In this document: positions 25,895-39,299 of the stretch, piece by piece
How positions within the stretch are numbered: position 1 is the stretch's first letter
Layout of the letters: each line of letters begins with the position of its first letter
Origin: Squalus acanthias
Lineage: Eukaryota
Assembly (NCBI GenBank): GCA_030390025.1
Contig: CM059433.1
Location: 1,798,001 to 1,862,000, forward strand
DNA length: 64,000 nucleotides
Direction: 5' to 3'
Notes under the pieces: model-generated
Told to the model about the DNA's origin: nothing
Seen by the model: the letters and a program-made list of their open reading frames with translations, nothing else
Database searches by the model: none
Position numbers and translations under genes: made by a program

Positions 25895-26360
25895 CAATAT
25901 TGATCGGGTGGATGCGGTAAGGATGTTCCCAAGGATGGGTGAAACTAGAACTAGGGGACATAAACTTAGAATAAGGGGCTGCTCTTTCAAAACTGAGATG
26001 AGGAGAAACTTCTTCACTCAGAGGGTAGTAGGTCTGTGGAATTTGCTGCCCCAGGAAGCTGTGGAAGCTACATCATTAAATAAATTTAAAACAGAAATAG
26101 ACAGTTTCCTAGAAGTAAAGGGAATTAGGGGTTATGGGGAGCGGGCAGGAAATTGGACATGAGGCTGAGTTCGGATCGGGCGAGGCCCTGTGGGTGGCGG
26201 AGCGGGCCCAGGGGCTGAGTGGCCAGGTCCTGCTCCTACTTCTTGTGTTCTTTAGATTTGAGGTGAGGATCAGATCAGCCATGATCTCATTGAATGGCGG
26301 AGCAGGCTCGAAGGGCCGATTGGCCTACTCCTGCTCCTATTTCTTATGTTCTTATGTTCT
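25895..26360 (+). mobile_element. CR1 3' end with a doubled terminal module
   Basis: RVDAVRMFP...RNFFTQRVVGLWN (ORF 25848-26162), then two successive stem-loop/tail modules. Confidence 0.85.
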
Positions 26361-27627
26361 TAATATAAGCAGCACCAGAACAAGGCAGTCCCACTACACT
26401 CAGTCAAATGTCTATCAGCGTCCAGCGACAGTGCCAGGACAGGTGTGTTGTTGCTATTGCTGTTGGTGCTTCGCATCGGAGTCTCCTGAGCGGTCATTTC
26501 AATTTGGTCTGTGTGGACTAGAGCAGCAACTGCAAAGATTTCTGAGTCTAGAAATTGAATATTTATTCCTTTTTTATTAATATAAAACCAGTTGCTTTTA
26601 CACAAGACAGGATCTCAATCAATAGAGAGAAGGGTTATTGAAGGCCGACGGCAGATTGGCCCACTGGCCTCACTGCTGAGCCGCGGACATCGGTTGCGGG
26701 CCCGGAGGCAGGTGGCGGCAGGGGAGGGGGCAGGGGTCGGCTCGGAGGGCCTCAGGTGAGGTAGGGAGGACGATCGGGAGGAGGGCAGGTGGAGGCCGGC
26801 AGCGACTCCTGCTCCTCCCGGTTCCACATTAAGGTGAGTAAAAGACTTGAAACTTGCCTTTTCGGCGGCAGTCTTTAAGGACTGCTGGTTTGGTCAATGG
26901 CTCTCTGACTTTGAAGGTAAAGTCTTGTATCATTATCTTACGCAGCAGCCACTGTTACAGAGAGCAGCAGAGAATGTTAGCAGACAATCAGTCACAGATA
27001 CAAAAAGAACAGGAGAATCAAATATTGTAAATGTTGATAAAATGATCAGTCATTGATTGGTGCTGTTGCGGCACATGTCCCCGGTGTGGAACGCCACGAT
27101 GAATTGTTGAAAAGGGCCTTTGCTCAGAAGAGGATTGATGTTTCACAGATTTATTCTGACTGTACAATCTGCACATCAGCCATCAATTTGAGTTAGCACT
27201 TAATAGAAACGTCTGCTTTGAATTGGCTCCAGTCTTTATCAGCATTTCTTCCAGCAGAGTTTATAATTATACTAAATTGCTCATAATCCACTAAAAAGGT
27301 TTTGACCTCATCTAAAGCTACAATGTTTAATTCTCTTGCCAATTATGTAATCTACACTAAATACCACGTGTAGATTACTCCATTAAGATGAAGGCATTAT
27401 CTTTGTCTCTTTTACCTAACTATGTTTTCCTTTCACCACCTTCTGGCATATTTCATTATGGCACTTTGATAACATAGTGTGATCTCCATCCTGCACAATG
27501 AGCAGTGAATCAGGAGCACCAGGCAAAGGCTTATCTGACGAGTGTCATCATTACCTTCTGAAATAATAACAGAAATTACAATGCACTCAATTTGCTTTTC
27601 TAAAAATGAGTTGATACTCAGGCTATT

Positions 27628-28700
27628 CATAGAATCACAGAATTATACAGCACAGAAGGAGGCCATTCGGCCCATCCTGTATGCCTTTTTTTCGAGTATT
27701 TATCCAATTCTCTTTTGAAAGTCACTATTGATTCTGATTCTACCACCTTTTCAGGCAGCGCATTCCAGATCATAACAACTCACTGCATAAATAAATTATC
27801 CTCATTTCCCCTGGATTTTTTGACAATTATTTTAAACCTGTGTCCTCTGGTTACCAACCCCCCTGCCAGTGGAAACAGTTTCTCCCCATCTACTCTGTCA
27901 AAACCCCTCCTAATTTTGAACACCTCTAGCAAATCTCCCCTTCACCTCTCTGCTCTAAGGAGAACAACCCCAGCTTCTCCAGTCTCTCCACATAACCAAA
28001 GTCCCTCATCGCTGTTACCATTCTAGTAAATCTTCTCTACACCCTCTCCGAGGCCTTGACATCCTTCCTGAAGTGTGTTGCCCAGAATTGGACACAATAC
28101 TCTAGTTGAGGCCTAACCAGTGATTTATAAAGGTTTACTATCACTTCCTTGCTTTTGTACTCTAGGGCTCGATTTATAAAGCCAAGGATCCTGTATGCTT
28201 TTACAACTTGCCCTGCTACGCTCAAAGATTTGTGTTTGTGAACCCCCAGGTCTCTCTGCTTCTGCACCCCCTTTAAAATTGTACCATTTAAGTTATATTG
28301 CCTCTTCCCATTTTTCCTTCACATTTCTCTGCATTCAATTTCATCTGTCATGTGTCTGCCGCTTTCACCAGTCGGTCTATGTCCTCCTCAAAGCTGCTAC
28401 TATTCTCCTCACTGTTTACTACACTTCCCGTTGCTCATTTACTGTTTTACCCAATAACCTTTCTTTCCAACTCACCTGGGCCAGATCCATTTTCAACTCC
28501 CTCGTCCAGTTGAGGATCTTCACCTTTGATTTTTCCTCGTCCTTTTCCATAACTGCTCTAAACCTAATGATATTGTGATCACTGTTTCCCAAATGTTCTT
28601 CTGCTGAAACATGCTCCACTTGCCCCACTTCATTCTCCAGAACCACATCGAACACTGGTTCCTCCCCTCGTTGGGCTGGAAACACGCTGATCAAGAAACT
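27628..28700 (-). mobile_element. CR1 fragment with an internal deletion
   Basis: RT C-terminus (ORF 28037-28267) joined to the APE end (HLGNSDHNIIRF, ORF 28419-28838). Confidence 0.8.
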
Positions 28701-28959
28701 GATCACAATGCAGGAAAACATCGGTGTAAAAGTTGATGTTTTATAAATGTGAGTGTACAAATGGCACAAATGTGCGATTAAAGGGTTAACTGAGCAATGC
28801 TTGAATTTTGGAGCATTATTAAATGTGCACTTTAGCATTCACAGAGTCGGGCCATCCAATGGAGCAACAGCAGCGACACATCATGAACAGCACTGATTAA
28901 GTAGGCATCTAAGCCCTTGCAATATTACCCAGGAGCTGACTATAGTTCTTTACTCTGCC

Positions 28960-29210
28960 ATTTTCCTGTGGCATGGAATCTCCAAAGGAGAGAAAATCGC
29001 AACTTTGAAGACCAGGTGCTGGAAGCGCTTACTGAGGGACTCAGCAAAGGGACAGAGTTTATGGCAGGGATGGCTACCGTCCCAAGGAATACCTGGTGCA
29101 GCAGACATGGGAGGTTAATGGCTAAAAGGGACAACTCAACTCCTGAACCCCTAGGACTTGACAGGATGTAAGGAAAATGCCGGATCTGAAAGAATTGCTA
29201 AGATAAGCCA
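28960..29210 (+). pseudogene. Harbinger Myb/SANT ORF remnant
   Basis: RRENRNFEDQVLEALTEG... resembles the RxxRF..ALE.L start of Harbinger Myb/SANT proteins. Confidence 0.4.
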
Positions 29211-29439
29211 ATAGTGTTGTTTACGCATGATAAGCATCTGCTACAAGTAGACATGCAAGGAAGCCTATCCTTTCTGTTGAACCAGTAAGGGGAGGTTTAC
29301 TGTACAGTAACAGACATGTCAGATCCAGGGCAATAGTTGCTTAACTCCATGACAAAGGATAACACAAAAATCCTAAGTGGGCAGGGAATGAGAACTAAGC
29401 CACTAATGAACAGAAGAGGAACAGAGAGAGGTATGAAGA

Positions 29440-31720
29440 CTAACCTTCAGAACACTACCTGCACCAAAATTAGATAACGGGATTAAAAGTAGGCAAGTCA
29501 CCAAGGCCCAAATGGCATGCATCCCAGAATACAGCAGGTGGTTGGGTAGAAGGTAGCAGAAGTACTAATCATAATTTTGCAAAAGATTTTGGAAATGAGA
29601 ATAGTGCCAAATGACTGGAGGGTAGCAAAAGTTGCAGAAGGTGGAGAGGGATAAGCCAAGAAAATATAGACCAGTTAGTTTTATCTTAGTTGCAAGTAAA
29701 CTTCTATGGGGTAACTACTGACTCTGTTCTTCTGACAGTGAGCCTTACATTGCCAATAGTACACATCGTTCCACCACGTACTACACACAATTTTACGACC
29801 ATGTAAAATAATTTGCTTACCTCCATCTCTGTAGCATTGCCATCTCCATCTTTACCTCGCCTTTACTACCACTTAAACTTTTATCCATTTCTTTTGTCAG
29901 CTCTAGAAATGATATCTCCTCTGTCCTTCTTGCTGGCCTTCCAGCCACTGCCCTCCATAAACTTCAACTTGTTCAAGACTCAGTTACTGATATCTTGTCC
30001 CACACTAAGTTCTGCTCATCCATCACTCCCATCCTCACTGACTTACACTGACTACCCTTTTCACAGTGTATTTCATTCAAAATGCTCATCCTCATGTTTG
30101 AATCCCATCCTGTTTCTGTAACCTCCTTCAGCCTTACATGCCCTGCCTCACTCTTCAGTCCTCTGATTCTAGACTTTTGTGTATCCCCCTTCCTTTCTGG
30201 CCCTTAGTGGCATGGCCTTCAGTCACCTCAGACCTACTCTCTGAATTTCCCTCCCTAAACCCCTTCCCCTTGCTACTTCTTTCTCTACCGTAAAAAATCT
30301 TCTCTAATCCTATCTTTTCAACCAAACTTTCAGTCACCTGTTTTAACTCTCGCACCATAGTCAATGCCCATCTATTACGGCTTTTCACAAATTTAATTCA
30401 ACTTAATTTTTTAATTTTAATTTATTCACCCCCCCCTAATGTTTTCTACATTACAGGTACTGTATAAATGCAAGTTGTTCTTTTAGTAATGGTTGGCAAA
30501 CTGTGTGCAGCCCACACAGAATCTCCAATATATGGTGCCAGTGGGCAAGGCTCCCTGCCAAAAACGCAGAGTCGGAAAATTAACTTTCAACAGTTTATAA
30601 TATGGAAGGAAATTAGTGAAAACTTAAATGGGTTCACTAGGGACAATCAACGTGCATTTGTGAAGGGTAGGTCATGCTTAGCTAACTTAATTGAATGTTT
30701 TAAAGAAATCACAGTGTATAGATAAAGGAGTGGAAGTTCCATATATGGATTTTCAAGAAGCATTTGGTAAGAGGCTACATAAAAGACTTGTTACAAAAAT
30801 AAGGCACATGGTATTAAAGGAAATGTAGCCACATGCATGGACAGAAATCAAAGAGGAAATCTAACTGAAAGTCTTTAGGAGAGAAAGGATGTGGGAAGTG
30901 CTGTCCCCAAGGATCTACGCTGGGTTCTCTTTTGTTTTCCATGTATTTTCACCTAGGCACAAAAGAAAATATATTGAAATGATGAGGAACAATGCAGGAG
31001 ACTGTAGGAGGACATGGATCGGTTAACAAAGTGGGCAGATAGACGAGGGTCTGGTTAAGCTACATCTGGAGCATTTCATGGGAAGTTCATTCTAGGAAGG
31101 ATATTAGAGCTATGAAAAGATTCACTCTGTATGATAGCTACAGTAAAGATTCACAGAATGATTGCAGAAATAAGTGGTAATAATTAGGAAGAAAGGCTCA
31201 GAAAATTGCGTCTTTTTTCCCTGGAACAAGAAAAGGTTAATGGGGCATTCAATAAACACTTTCAAAATTATGAAATGTTTTGAGAGTGTAAACAGTGAAA
31301 ACTTGGTTCCACCGGGTGGTAAATCAGTAACAAGGCATTGACTGAGGATTCTTACCAGAAGAATGAAGGTAAAATTAGATTTTATTTTCATAAATAGTGT
31401 TATTAGAACATAGATACCCTGAATTTTCATGGAAGTTTTCCCAATGTCTCTCCATAACTTTGGCTGGAGATCAGTAGAACCCCTGGAGAAATGGTGCACA
31501 TGGCAAGAGATCGGGACAACCCCTGTGGAAATTCAGGACCATAATGCAGAGACTAAAATGTAATTTTAAAAAGAACTGGTTAACTAGTTAAAAAAGGAAG
31601 AATATAAAAGGATATGGAAATTGACCAGAGAATTTCAATTACAGTAGATTGGTCCATTTGAAGAGTTAGCACCGGCATAGACTGAATGGCCGCCTTCTGA
31701 GCTTTATCTTCTATCATTCA
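29440..31720 (+). mobile_element. Old degraded CR1 fragments with an interposed L2 3' fragment (about 29810-30480)
   Basis: AFVKGRSCLANLIECF, DFQEAF and gtccccaaggatc remnants; L2-like tail ending in ataaatgcaagttg. Confidence 0.55.
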
Positions 31721-31852
31721 ATGGAAATATGGAATAACAAGCTCAAAATAATATATCGTTTAGACTATACCCCACATAAGCTTCACAAATTTGCATACCA
31801 ACTCCCGCACATATTCTGGTCATATCCCATATTCAGCCACTCTCGACAGAGA

Positions 31853-32325
31853 CCTGTCAGCTGTGGCTCAGTGGGTAGCACTCTCGCCTCTGAGTCAGAA
31901 GGTTGTGGGTTCAAGTCCCACTCCAGAGACTTGAGTACAAAAATCTAGGCTGACACTCCCAGTGCAGTACTGAGGGAGTGCTACACTGTCGGAGGTGCCG
32001 TCTTTTGGATGAGACGTTAAACCGAGGCCCCGTCTGTTCTCCCAGGTGGACATAAACGATCCCATGGCACTATTTTGAAGAAGAGCAGTGGAGTTCTCCC
32101 CGGTGTCCTGGCCAATATCTATCCCTCAACCAACAAAACCAAAACAAATTATTTGCTCATTATCGCATTGCTGTTTGTGGGAGCTTGCTGTGCGCAAACT
32201 GGCTGCCGCGTTTCCCACATTACAACAGTGACTCCACTTCAAAAAAAGTACTTCATTGGCTGTAAAGCGCTTTGAGACGTCCGGTGGTCGTGAAAGGCGC
32301 TATATAAATGCAAGTCTTTCTTTTT
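31853..32325 (+). mobile_element. Full-length tRNA-derived Deu-domain SINE (SacSINE1-like)
   Basis: A box tggctcagtgg, B box ggttcaagtcc, Deu core gatgagacgttaaaccgaggcccc, 3' tail gcgctatataaatgcaagtctttc. Confidence 0.85.
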
Positions 32326-32887
32326 TAAGGGAAAAACAAGGATCATGACCAACTTCACCATCCTGGAGGTGCAAACCCAATACTTGATGAGTTTACTGGA
32401 GGGCAAAGACCTCCACCTCACCCTCCCCGCAGCAGCAGGTTCGGACAGCTCTCAGTACCAGCTACAAGAAGATGCAATCCCCCCACCTTGGCAAAATGCC
32501 AACCTCCTCCCAACCAATAGATCGCTGAAGCACCCACCGTACATGTTCCAATGCAAACGAGTGGATTGGTCTGCACTGGAAGTTTGTTCTTGCAGGATCA
32601 CTCAGCACCCAAAGCAAGTACCAGGAGGAGAAAGCAAACCAGTAACGACAACCCATCCATAGATAGGCACACAGAACAACCCAACTAAGAGGGCCACTCG
32701 TAGACAGGACCTACTTTTTCCTGACCCAGCTAAACGACAGAGACCAAGAACGAACACATTGCTTGAACCATTGAAACGTTTTTGTTCCCATGACAAGCAC
32801 AGCTATCCCAAGAAGCCTTAAAAATCGATGTACTCCTTCCACAAGTCCCTTGTAATCAAAATGTACACTGGCTTCCTAAAATATCCT

Positions 32888-34380
32888 TATAGAAACATAG
32901 AAAATAGGAGCAGGAGTAGGCCATTCGGCCCCTCGAGCCTGTTCCGCTATTAATGAGATCATGGCTGATCTTCCAAATTCAGTACCCTGTCCCTGCTTTC
33001 TCCCCATATCCCTTGATCCCTTTAGCCTTAAGAAATATATCTAACTCCTTCTTGAATATATTTAATGAATTGGCCTCAACTGCCTTCTCTGGTAGAGAAT
33101 TCCACAGGTTCACCACTCTCTGGGTGAAGAAATTCCTCCTCATCTCAGTCCTAAATGGCTTACCCCTTATCCTTAGACTGTGACCCTGGTTCTGGACTCC
33201 CCAACCATCGGGAACATCCTTCCTGCATCTAGTCTGTCTAGTCCTGTTAGAATTTTATAAGTTTCAATGAGATCCCCTCTCATTCTTCTAAACTCTAGCG
33301 AATACAAGCCCAATCGTCCCAATCTCTCTTCATACGTCATTCCTGCCATCCCAGGTATCAGTCTGGTGAATCTTCGCTGCACACCCTCCATGGCAAGAAC
33401 ATCCTTCCTCAGATAAGGCGACCAAAACTGCACACAATACTCAAGGTGTGGTCTCACCAAGGCCCTGTACAGCTGCAGCAAGACATCCTTGCTCCTGTAC
33501 TCGAATCCTCTCGCTATGAAGGCCAACATACCATTTGCCTTCTTAACCGCCTGCTGCACCTGCATGCTTACCTTCAGCGACTGGTGCACAAGGACACCCA
33601 GGTCTTGTTGCACTTCCCCTTTTCCCAATCTATTGCCGTTCAGATAATAATCTGTCTTCCTGTTTTTGCCACCAAAGTGGATAACCTCGCATTTATCCAC
33701 ATTATACTGCATCTGCCATGCATCTGCCCAATCACCCAACCTGTCCAAATCATACTGGAGTTTCTCTGCATCCTCCTCACAGCACACACGCCCACCCAGC
33801 TTTGTGTCGTCTGCAAACTTGAAGATATTACATCTAGTTCCCTCGTCTAGCTCATTAATATATATTGTGAATAACTGGGGTCCTAGCACCGATCCCTGCG
33901 GTACCCCACTAGTCACTGCCTGCCACTCGGAAAAAGACCCGTTTATTCCAACTCTGTGCTTCCTGTCTGCCAACCAGTTCTCTATCCAAGTCAGTACCTT
34001 ACCCCCAATCCCATGTGCTTTAACTTTGCATTCAAAAGGGAGTTAGATATAACACTCACAACTAAGGGGATCAAGGGGTATGGCGAGAAAGCAGGAATGG
34101 GGTACTGAGGTAGCATGTTCAGCCATGAACGCATTGAATGGCGGTGCAGGCTCGAAGGACCGAATGGTCTACTCCTGTACCTATTTTCTATGTTTCTATG
34201 TTTCTATGCTTATTTCTTATGCGGGACCTTATCGAAAGCCTTCTGAAAGTCCAAATACACCACATCCACTGGTTCTCCCTTATCTATTCTACCAGTTACA
34301 TCCTCAAAAGATTCCAATAGATTAGTTAAGCATGATTTACCTTTCGTAAATCCATGTTGACTTTGTCCGATCCTGTCACT
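32888..34380 (-). mobile_element. CR1 RT fragment containing a short opposite-strand CR1 3' end (about 34030-34207)
   Basis: 266-aa ORF 33173-33973 (GVPQGSVLGP, KFADDTK); RT resumes at 34210-34380; the inserted piece ends in (TTTCTATG)3. Confidence 0.9.
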
Positions 34381-35867
34381 GAACGCTTGATTACACAATA
34401 AAAAAGAGGGAGAAGATATAAAAACAACTAAAAAGGGCAAATATATAATTTAGCCAATACATTAAAAAAAATGTGTTGACCATATAATTCAGCTTTGTAA
34501 CAATAAAGATAAAATGACACATGTGCAATGATCATTTAATGAAAATCTCCAAACTTCAAATTTCCTAACACACGTAACAATTTGAATATATAGGTCTCAG
34601 CCATTACATGCACAAAGTAAAGACAATCTTTCGGCACAAACAAAACATTATGGCTACTGACTGAATCAAAGTTAGCTCAGAGCCCGGGGCCTCTTGAAAC
34701 CTGCTTTCCCTCTTAGCAGAGTGCAGGTTGGAACTAGCGCACAGATAATCTTTTCTATCAATCACTAACTTGGAAATATTTATTATAAAATGGTCTAACA
34801 CAAAAGCCTTCTGTGTTTCTATTCCTAGCTCACAATTATTTCACTTAGCAACGGGAAAATTTCCCGATGCCATCATCTGGTGACGAAATGCTGTTCACCA
34901 TCTACCTGAGGCACTCACAAGCTGCGAGGAGTTCAATGGAAACCATCCACTTTGAATGTTGTTTTATTGTGTAGATATAATAGTGTAAAACTACAGGGAC
35001 TGAGAGGGGCAGTGAGTTAGACACTAGCCTTTTACTTGTGATACCTGGATTCAATCCAGCCTGGACTCCGAGAATGAAAGCCTCCTCTGTCTGTCGGTTT
35101 AGGGTAATCTGTGCTGGGAAAGAACTCAAAACTGCCCCTAAACGGGCTTGCATCATAATACAGAAAATATTGTGCTGGTGCAGAATGGGTACATCTACTT
35201 GTTTCCTAATTCTCCTTTTTGACAGATTCTTTGCAAGTTGTAAATGCGTTCATCTATCCCCTTATATTTTGCTTTAGCCTGTTTCGTCTTCTCAAGGATC
35301 TAAGTTAACTAACATCACTGGTTCAAAATATTTTCATACATTCAGCAAAAATATATAACATTGATGACAATCTATTGATATTGCATCTGACACCCATGAA
35401 CATGGATGATCAGTATCCCAATGTCATCACCCAGAACTCTCCTTTATACACAGACTGTCTCAACACAGAATCTACCATCATTTACTGCTGGGACATGGAT
35501 TCGGCGAAAAGAAATCTCTGACTGACTCATTGGTACCTCCGCAGAATTTTTGCCTGGGCTCTTAGTACTACATTGGGGTCAAATTCAGGAGACATATATT
35601 TTTGTTACAGTTGTCTCTGGCTGCCCCCTTTTGAAATGCAAATGTCGGCACCAGCTGCTTCATTATCTTCTGATGATGCACACATTGAGGCTTCGGTAAG
35701 AAGGGAAAGGAATGATTAAGATGAATAAAGGCTGTTGACACTTTCCTTCTGTAATCATTGGCCTTGATTTTAAGCCCCCCTCAGCGGGGGCGGGGCGGGG
35801 AGCAGTTAAAATAATGGGAACAACTTACCCCCTGTCATCTCGCTACCTTCCTGCCAGGTCCTGATGT

Positions 35868-36994
35868 CATAGAATCTTAGAATCATAGAACGGTTACAGC
35901 ACAGAAGGAGGCCATTCGGCCCGTCGAGCCCGTGCCAGGCTCTCTGCGAGAGCACTTCAGCTAGTCCCACTCCCCCGCCCTTTCCCCGTAGCCCTGCAAA
36001 TTTTTTTCCTTCAGCTACTTATCCAACTCCCTTTTGAAAGCCAGGATTGAGTCTGCCTCCACCACCCTTTCAGGCCGTGCATTCCAGATCTTAACCACTC
36101 GCTAAGTAAAAGAGTTTTTCTTCAGGTCGCCTTTGGTTCTTCTGTCAATCACCTTAAATCTGTGTCCTCTGGTTCTCGACCCTTCCGCCAATGGGAACAG
36201 TTTCTCTCTATCTACTCTGTCTAGACTCATCATAATTTTGAACAACTCAATCAAATCTCCTCTCAACCTTCTCTGCTCTAAGGAGAACAACCCCAGCTTC
36301 TCCAGTCTATCCACGTAACTGAAGTCCCTCATCCCTGGAACCATTCTCAAAAATCTTTTCTGCACCCTCTCTAAGGCCTTCACATCCTTCCTAAAGTGCG
36401 GTGCCCAGAATTGGACACAATACTCCAGTTGGGGCCGAACCAGTGTTCTATAAAGGTTCATCATAACTTCCTTGCTTTTGTACTTTATGCCTCTGTTTAT
36501 TAAGCCCAGGATCCCGTATGCTTTTTTAACCACTTTCTCATCCTGCCCTGCCACCTTCAACGATTTGTGCACATATACCCCAGGTCTCTTTGTTCATGCA
36601 CCCCCTTTAGAATTGTACCCTTTAGTTTATATTGCCTCTCCTCGTTCTTCCTACCAAAATGTATCACTTCACACTTTTCTGCATTAATTTTCATCTGCCA
36701 CGTGTCTACCCATTCCACGAGCCTGTCTATGTCCTCTTGAAGTCCATCACCATCCTCCTCACTGTTCACTATATTTCCAAGTTTTGTGTCATCTGCAAAT
36801 TTTGAAATTGTGCCCTGTACACCCACGTCCAAGTCATTAATATATATCAAGAAAAGCAGTGGTCCTGGAACCGACCCCTGGGGAACACCACTGTATACCT
36901 TCCTCCAGTCTGAAAAACAACCGTTCACCACTATTCTCTGTTTCCTGTCACTTAGCCAATTTCGTATCCATGCTGCCACTGTCTCTTTTATTCA
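35868..36994 (-). mobile_element. CR1 3' fragment (family of 6682-11785)
   Basis: ORFs 36102-36572 and 36557-36979; ATAGAATC tail. Confidence 0.9.
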
Positions 36995-37152
36995 ATGATA
37001 GATTTTTGGACTCTAGGGGAATCAAGGGATATGGAGATCGGGTGGGAAAGTGGAGTTGAGGTCGATCATCAGCCATGATCTGATTGAATGGCGGAGCAGG
37101 TTCGAGGGGCCGAATGGTCGACTCCTGCTCCTATTTCTTATGTTCTTATGTT
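36995..37152 (+). mobile_element. Short CR1 3' end
   Basis: DRFLDSRGIKGYG plus 3' UTR stem-loop and TTCTTATG tail. Confidence 0.8.
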
Positions 37153-37789
37153 CTAGGCCGGACAATTTTCAGAGAAAAATTCTATCAGCTCCATTCCCAC
37201 ATCAGCCTACCTCAGAACCTAGGCTAACAACATATCGTTCTGGCCGACTCCTGCTCCTATTTCTTATGTTCTTATGTTTCCTTGTGAGCCAAGAGGAGCA
37301 AGAGTGCTCCTCCAGGCCCCCCCCCCAAGGAAGCCTTGTGCCTCCATTAACCCAGACCCCTCCCCCCTTCTCCCGATCGAGCACCTTCACCCCACCCCCA
37401 CCCCACCCCCCACCCCACCTTACCACTTGCCTGACTGCTGGGAACCAATCCTGGGGGTCCCCAGCTGCCGCCTCCGGCCTGTGATCTTCCCCTCCCTCCC
37501 GCCGGACAGGTGGTGCACCTGGCCAGAATTGGGCGACACGCCGGTGAACGTTATGGTAATGAGACATGGCCGTTGAGATGAGCTGGGCTTCCACCTCATC
37601 GGACTCCCTGGGTGCTCCGCCCCCTTCAGGGCTCGCGACAGACAGGAATAGAATTTTATAATCCATTGTTTTAGTTGCTTCTGATAAGTGTCTTTATATT
37701 ATAATGGCACTTAAAAAATGGAGAAATCCATTTGTGCTGTTAGACTACAATCTTGTTATTTCTCTCACCAATGATTTTCTCACTAATTA

Positions 37790-38142
37790 TCTCCTCTCTC
37801 CCCTCTCCTGTGAGCAGGTGTGAGCCCTGGCACTGAGTGCTAATGAGCTATTTGGCTGTGAGGGGAGAAGGCGGCTTTAGAGCCAAGCCTCAATTCCCCC
37901 CCCATCACCCCTCCCCCCCCTCCGACTTCTATTCACTCGAATTCCCAGCAGGCGTCATCAGGTGTGGAATCCTTCGCCAACGTTCCTCTCGCTAACCTGG
38001 GGGCCATTTGTAACAGTCCCACCTTCACTGCTGCGCTGGCTGAGATCAGCTCACACAAGACAGACAGGAATAGAATCCGGGACCTTCCTCGTCTGCATGA
38101 TTCAAATACTCACTGGATAAATTGAACGAACCATTGGGGGGA
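37790..38142 (-). mobile_element. Ancient tRNA-SINE (AmnSINE2-like)
   Basis: Minus strand reads cagacgaggaaggtcccggattctattcctgtctgtc...gagctgatctcagccagcgcagcagtg. Confidence 0.45.
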
Positions 38143-39299
38143 GCCCTTAGCTATAATCTTAGATGTTTGGAAAGAAGCCTACTCAGTAAAGTTAGCAACT
38201 TGAGAGCTTCTGCAGTCAGCTAGCCGATCCATTCCTTTCTTCGTAGGACCTTGCACATTCCTGACATTAGATGAAGGTTAAGTTGAAAGCATCACTGCAG
38301 GGCATTGCGTGTGGTGAGGTGCCGAGCAGGCCTCATTAGCGTATGGCCAGACTCCTGCGAAGCTCTTTAATGTGGTACAGTCACATTCTTTCAAGCCTCT
38401 TGGAAGAAAGCAAATAAAGTGGAACATTTATTACTGTTTTATAACTGGTTTCTTTTTTTTTCTAGTGGAACATTTAGTGCTTGTTAGGGTGAAAGCTCAG
38501 GGATTTCCTTCACCATGGGAATGCTGCAATTAAAAGGGAAATGGGGGTAAGGCAGTTACTTGGAAACAAACCAAGGTTGTGACCTTTACGGCAGGGGGTG
38601 TTCAAAAAGAAAGGGTTGCAGCTTGACAAGATCCTCCATCTGGGAAGCCTGTGACCTAAGCTTCTCAGTGCCAGGTATCTTTACAATCAAACATACTTGT
38701 TCGAACGAAAAAAGATCTGGAAGTGAAGTGCCAATATGTGTCATGCATCCACAATACGGAAAGGACAGGCAGACACAAGAACTCTTGCATTTCTTGGCCG
38801 TCTGCACCTTTTTTGAGGTTGCAGCAATGAATGCGCAAGGAAGAGGTCACATCAATAATGTCGGTTTTAATGGCCCCGAAAATCCACTGGTCCACTGCGC
38901 CAGTGCTGCTTCCCGGAGGCAGCACTTCTGTCTGACCATCCTCCCCAGCACCGGCCCATGTCGTAAATCGCAGTCGGCTCATTTACATAGCCTTTGGCGG
39001 TGGTTGAGCAAAATGCTCTGTGTAACGTGGGAGCACTGCACCGGGGGGTCAGGAAGACCGCAGGCACAGGACTTTTAAGGCGCCTAGATTGTAGCAGCAA
39101 GTTGGTGGAGCAGCAGATAAGTAGTGAACGTCTTTGCTAGACAAAGGGGTGCTCGGGTATGTGTAATCGATGGCTCCGGTGAGATTTCATGGCACTTTTA
39201 AAGCAATATTTTCAAGTGGAGGGCCTGGCAGAGGCACACAAAGTGGGGCATTTGGAAGGAGGTAGAGAAGAAGATATATAAATATATTAAAATATTTTA

